Assembly: GCA_017654855.1 (NCBI GenBank)
Contig: CM030338.1
Coordinates: 558,001 to 622,000 of the forward strand
Source: Podospora anserina
Taxonomy: Eukaryota
Length of the DNA stretch: 64,000 nt
Reading direction: 5' to 3'
The position numbers were made by a program, and so were the translations under genes. The notes beneath the pieces were generated by a model that was not told the DNA's origin, searched no databases, and saw nothing but the letters and a program-made list of their open reading frames with translations. Below are positions 61,082 to 64,000 of this stretch, piece by piece. Position 1 is the first letter of the stretch; each line of letters begins with the position of its first letter.

Positions 61082-64000
61082 TTAAGCACAGTTCTTCATC
61101 AGTGCTAAAGCGTCTGCGTGTCGTCCTTGGCTTTTCCAAGTATAAGCGAGGTTAGCCATACTCGTTAACGTATCTGGGTGATCGGCCCCAAGCTTGGTCT
61201 TCCGAGTCTCCATCACCTGCACCTCCAGCTTCTCGGCCTCCTCCCACCGGCCCTGGCTCCTGTATGTCGACGCTAGGTTGGCCATGCTCGTCAGCGTATC
61301 TGGGTGATCGGCCCCAAGCTTGGTCTTGCTCGTCTCCATCACCTGCACTTCCAGCTTCTCGGCCTCCTCCCACCGGCCCTGCCTCCTGTATGTCGACGCT
61401 AGGTTGGCCATGCTCGTCAGCGTGTCTGGGTGATCGGCCCCAAGCTTGGTCTTCCGAGTCTCCATCACCTGCACCTCCAGCTTCTCGGCCTCCTCCCACC
61501 GGCCCTGGCTCCCGTATGTCGACGCTAGGTTGGCCATGCTCGTTAGCGTAGAAGGGTGATCGGCCCCAAGCTTGGTCTTCCGAGTCTCCATCACCTGTAC
61601 GTCCAGCTTCTCGGCCTCCTCCCACCGGCCCTGGTTCCAAAATGTCGACGCTAGGTTGGCCATGCTCGTTAGCGTAGAAGGGTGATCGGCCCCAAGCTTG
61701 GTCTTCCGAGTCTCCATTACCTGCACCTCCAGCTTCTCGGCCTCCTCCCACCGGCCCTGGTTCCTGTATGTCGACGCTAGGTTGGCCATGCTCGTCAGCG
61801 TATCTGGGTGATCGGCCCCAAGCTTGGTCTTGCTTATCTCCATCACCTCCACGTCTAGCTTCTCGGCCTCCTCCCACCGGCCCTGGTTCCAAAATGTCGA
61901 CGCTAGGTTGGCCATGCTCGTCAGCGTATCTGGGTGATCGGCCCCAAGCTTGGTCTTCCGAGTCTCCATCACCTGCACTTCCAGCTTCTCGGCCTCCTCC
62001 CACCGGCCCTGGCTCCCGTATGTCGACGCTAGGTTGGCCATGCTCGTTAGCGTAGAAGGGTGATCGGCCCCAAGCGTAGTCTTCCGAGTCTCCATCACCT
62101 GTACGTCCAGCTTCTCGGCCTCCTCCCACCGGCCCTGGTTCCAAAATGTCGACGCTAGGTTGGCCATGCTCGTCAGCGTATCTGGGTGATCGGCCCCAAG
62201 CTTGGTCTTGCTCGTCTCCATCACCTGCACCTCCAGCTTCTCGGCCTCCTCCCACCGGCCCTGGCTCCTGTATGTCGACGCTAGGTTGGCCATGCTCGTC
62301 AGCGTATCTGGGTGATCGGCCCCAAGCTTGGTCTTGCTCGTCTCCATCACCTGCACTTCCAGCTTCTCGGCCTCCTCCCACCGGCCCTGCCTCCTGTATG
62401 TCGACGCTAGGTTGGCCATGCTCGTCAGCGTGTCTGGGTGATCGGCCCCAAGCTTGGTCTTCCGAGTCTCCATCACCTGCACCTCCAGCTTCTCGGCCTC
62501 CTCCCACCGGCCCTGGTTCCAAAATGTCGACGCTAGGTTGGCCATGCTCGTTAGCGTAGAAGGGTGATCGGCCCCAAGCTTGGTCTTCCGAGTCTCCATT
62601 ACCTGCACCTCCAGCTTCTCGGCCTCCTCCCACCGGCCCTGGTTCCTGTATGTCGACGCTAGGTTGGCCATGCTCGTCAGCGTATCTGGGTGATCGGCCC
62701 CAAGCTTGGTCTTGCTCGTCTCCATCACCTGCACTTCCAGCTTCTCGGCCTCCTCCCACCGGCCCTGCCTCCTGTATGTCGACGCTAGGTTGGCCATGCT
62801 CGTCAGCGTATCTGGGTGATCGGCCCCAAGCTTGGTCTTCCGAGTCTCCATCACCTGCACCTCCAGCTTCTCGGCCTCCTCCCACCGGCCCTGGCTCCTG
62901 TATGTCGACGCTAGGTTGGCCATGCTCGTCAGCGTGTCTGGGTGATCGGCCCCAAGCTTGGTCTTGCTCGTCTCCATTACCTGCACCTCCAGCTTCTCGG
63001 CCTCCTCCCACCGGCCCTGGTTCCTGTATGTCGACGCTAGGTTGGCCATGCTCGTCAGCGTAGAAGGGTGATCGGCCCCAAGCTTGGTCTTGCTCGTCTC
63101 CATCACCTGCACTTCCAGCTTCTCGGCCTCCTCCCACCGGCCCTGGCTCCTGTATGTCGACGCTAGGTTGGCCATGCTCGTTAGCGTAGAAGGGTGATCG
63201 GCCCCAAGCGTAGTCTTCCGAGTCTCCATCACCTGTACGTCCAGCTTCTCGGCCTCCTCCCACCGGCCTTCGTCGTAATATATTCTTCCTATCGTCGCCC
63301 CGATGAAACTTGGATTTCTCAAAAAATACTCCCGTTCCTGGCCATCATCCCCATGAATATCTGGCAAGTGTCCAGCTAGATGTCGACGGAAATCAGGCTG
63401 TTCCTCCTCGATGTTCTGACAGCACGCTGCCAAAACAAATACCATATACCACTGCTGCCATGGCCAGCTTCGGTGGCTTAGCATTGCCCGCCACCGAACC
63501 AGGCCATGCATTGTCACGCCAGCCCACCCCCCATCGACTCGCTGCAACAAGCTATAACGGAGCAGTAGACGGCAGCCCTGCTGATATCGAAAATCATCCC
63601 ATTTGTCTCCATCGAGTGGAAGGAATTGCTGGAGTTCAAAGGGCATCCCTTCGCTCTCCTCTTCCCCCATATTAGCCTTGACTTTTTCCATGCCAAGACT
63701 GGCCAGACGAAACATCTCATCCTGGATAATACCGCCCTTAAAATGTGCAAGAAACGTCAGCAATACATCAGGTCGCAGGCCTTTATTTTCCATCGCGATT
63801 TTCTCGAGCGTGGTGTCCCATACTGTCCACACCGTCTTCTCCGTCGCCAATAACCCTCTAAAAAAGTCCATCTGGAGGAGCTCGTCGCGGTGCCTCTCAT
63901 AGTCCGCGAGGTATCGCTGCAAAGCCTTGTCAGAAGGAGAATGGCTACCGATATAGGCGCCAGCAATATCAATGGCAAGTGCTAAGAATTCCAGCTTTTT
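61082..64000 (-). CDS. NLR-like protein (probably NB-ARC) with highly conserved TPR repeats; 5' part outside the window
   Basis: FLALAIDIAGAYI, TVWTVWDTT, LLRYSLL..MHGLV post-NOD motifs; about 17 repeats of 42 aa GRWEEAEKL..LGADHP.TLTSMANLAST. Confidence 0.9.
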   Translation of the reverse strand, partial: KKLEFLALAIDIAGAYIGSHSPSDKALQRYLADYERHRDELLQMDFFRGLLATEKTVWTVWDTTLEKIAMENKGLRPDVLLTFLAHFKGGIIQDEMFRLASLGMEKVKANMGEEESEGMPFELQQFLPLDGDKWDDFRYQQGCRLLLRYSLLQRVDGGWAGVTMHGLVRWRAMLSHRSWPWQQWYMVFVLAACCQNIEEEQPDFRRHLAGHLPDIHGDDGQEREYFLRNPSFIGATIGRIYYDEGRWEEAEKLDVQVMETRKTTLGADHPSTLTSMANLASTYRSQGRWEEAEKLEVQVMETSKTKLGADHPSTLTSMANLASTYRNQGRWEEAEKLEVQVMETSKTKLGADHPDTLTSMANLASTYRSQGRWEEAEKLEVQVMETRKTKLGADHPDTLTSMANLASTYRRQGRWEEAEKLEVQVMETSKTKLGADHPDTLTSMANLASTYRNQGRWEEAEKLEVQVMETRKTKLGADHPSTLTSMANLASTFWNQGRWEEAEKLEVQVMETRKTKLGADHPDTLTSMANLASTYRRQGRWEEAEKLEVQVMETSKTKLGADHPDTLTSMANLASTYRSQGRWEEAEKLEVQVMETSKTKLGADHPDTLTSMANLASTFWNQGRWEEAEKLDVQVMETRKTTLGADHPSTLTSMANLASTYGSQGRWEEAEKLEVQVMETRKTKLGADHPDTLTSMANLASTFWNQGRWEEAEKLDVEVMEISKTKLGADHPDTLTSMANLASTYRNQGRWEEAEKLEVQVMETRKTKLGADHPSTLTSMANLASTFWNQGRWEEAEKLDVQVMETRKTKLGADHPSTLTSMANLASTYGSQGRWEEAEKLEVQVMETRKTKLGADHPDTLTSMANLASTYRRQGRWEEAEKLEVQVMETSKTKLGADHPDTLTSMANLASTYRSQGRWEEAEKLEVQVMETRKTKLGADHPDTLTSMANLAYTWKSQGRHADALALMKNCA
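61135..63270 (-). repeat. 126-bp tandem array encoding the TPR repeats
   Basis: Near-identical units at 126-bp period. Confidence 0.97.

Noticed and set aside
61152-63263. 703-aa Gly-rich ORF overlapping the TPR array, and repeated plus-strand ORFs
   Set aside because: Alternative frames of a stop-free 126-bp tandem unit; they begin and end with the array
61135-63270. CRISPR-like periodicity
   Set aside because: Contiguous coding repeats with no unique spacers; eukaryotic context, no cas genes

Overview
Filamentous ascomycete (Sordariales-type) genomic DNA with spliceosomal introns and RIP-like mutation; the repeat families suggest the Podospora anserina complex (inference). Bases 1-38 kb are ordinary gene-rich sequence: small secreted proteins, a hydrolase-NACHT-ankyrin NLR, Ap4A phosphorylase, a Myb-like protein, a reductase, a tautomerase, FIT/Scs3, a GH55 glucanase, an F-box/WD40 protein, an epoxide hydrolase, DUF1996-CBM1 and a laccase. 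Bases 38-64 kb are an accessory island. It opens with a broken DUF3435 (Starship captain-like) recombinase and holds nested solo LTRs, a RIP-degraded pogo/Fot1 element, kinase and esterase genes and a TPR-repeat NLR. The highlight is a young, RIP-free 11.86-kb Ty3/Gypsy element (46833-58692) with identical 363-bp LTRs and a CTAT target duplication. Behind pol it carries two divergent accessory genes: a Ulp1-like (C48) SUMO protease and an antisense, intron-containing Cys-rich DUF3716-like protein. The element is also studded end to end, including inside coding sequence and in different frames, with a palindromic DNA motif (consensus CCCTCTGATCAGAGGG). Together these suggest a candidate retrotransposon-encoded, sequence-targeted anti-silencing system (hypothesis). 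Many frameshifts are single-base losses in homopolymers and may be assembly errors.
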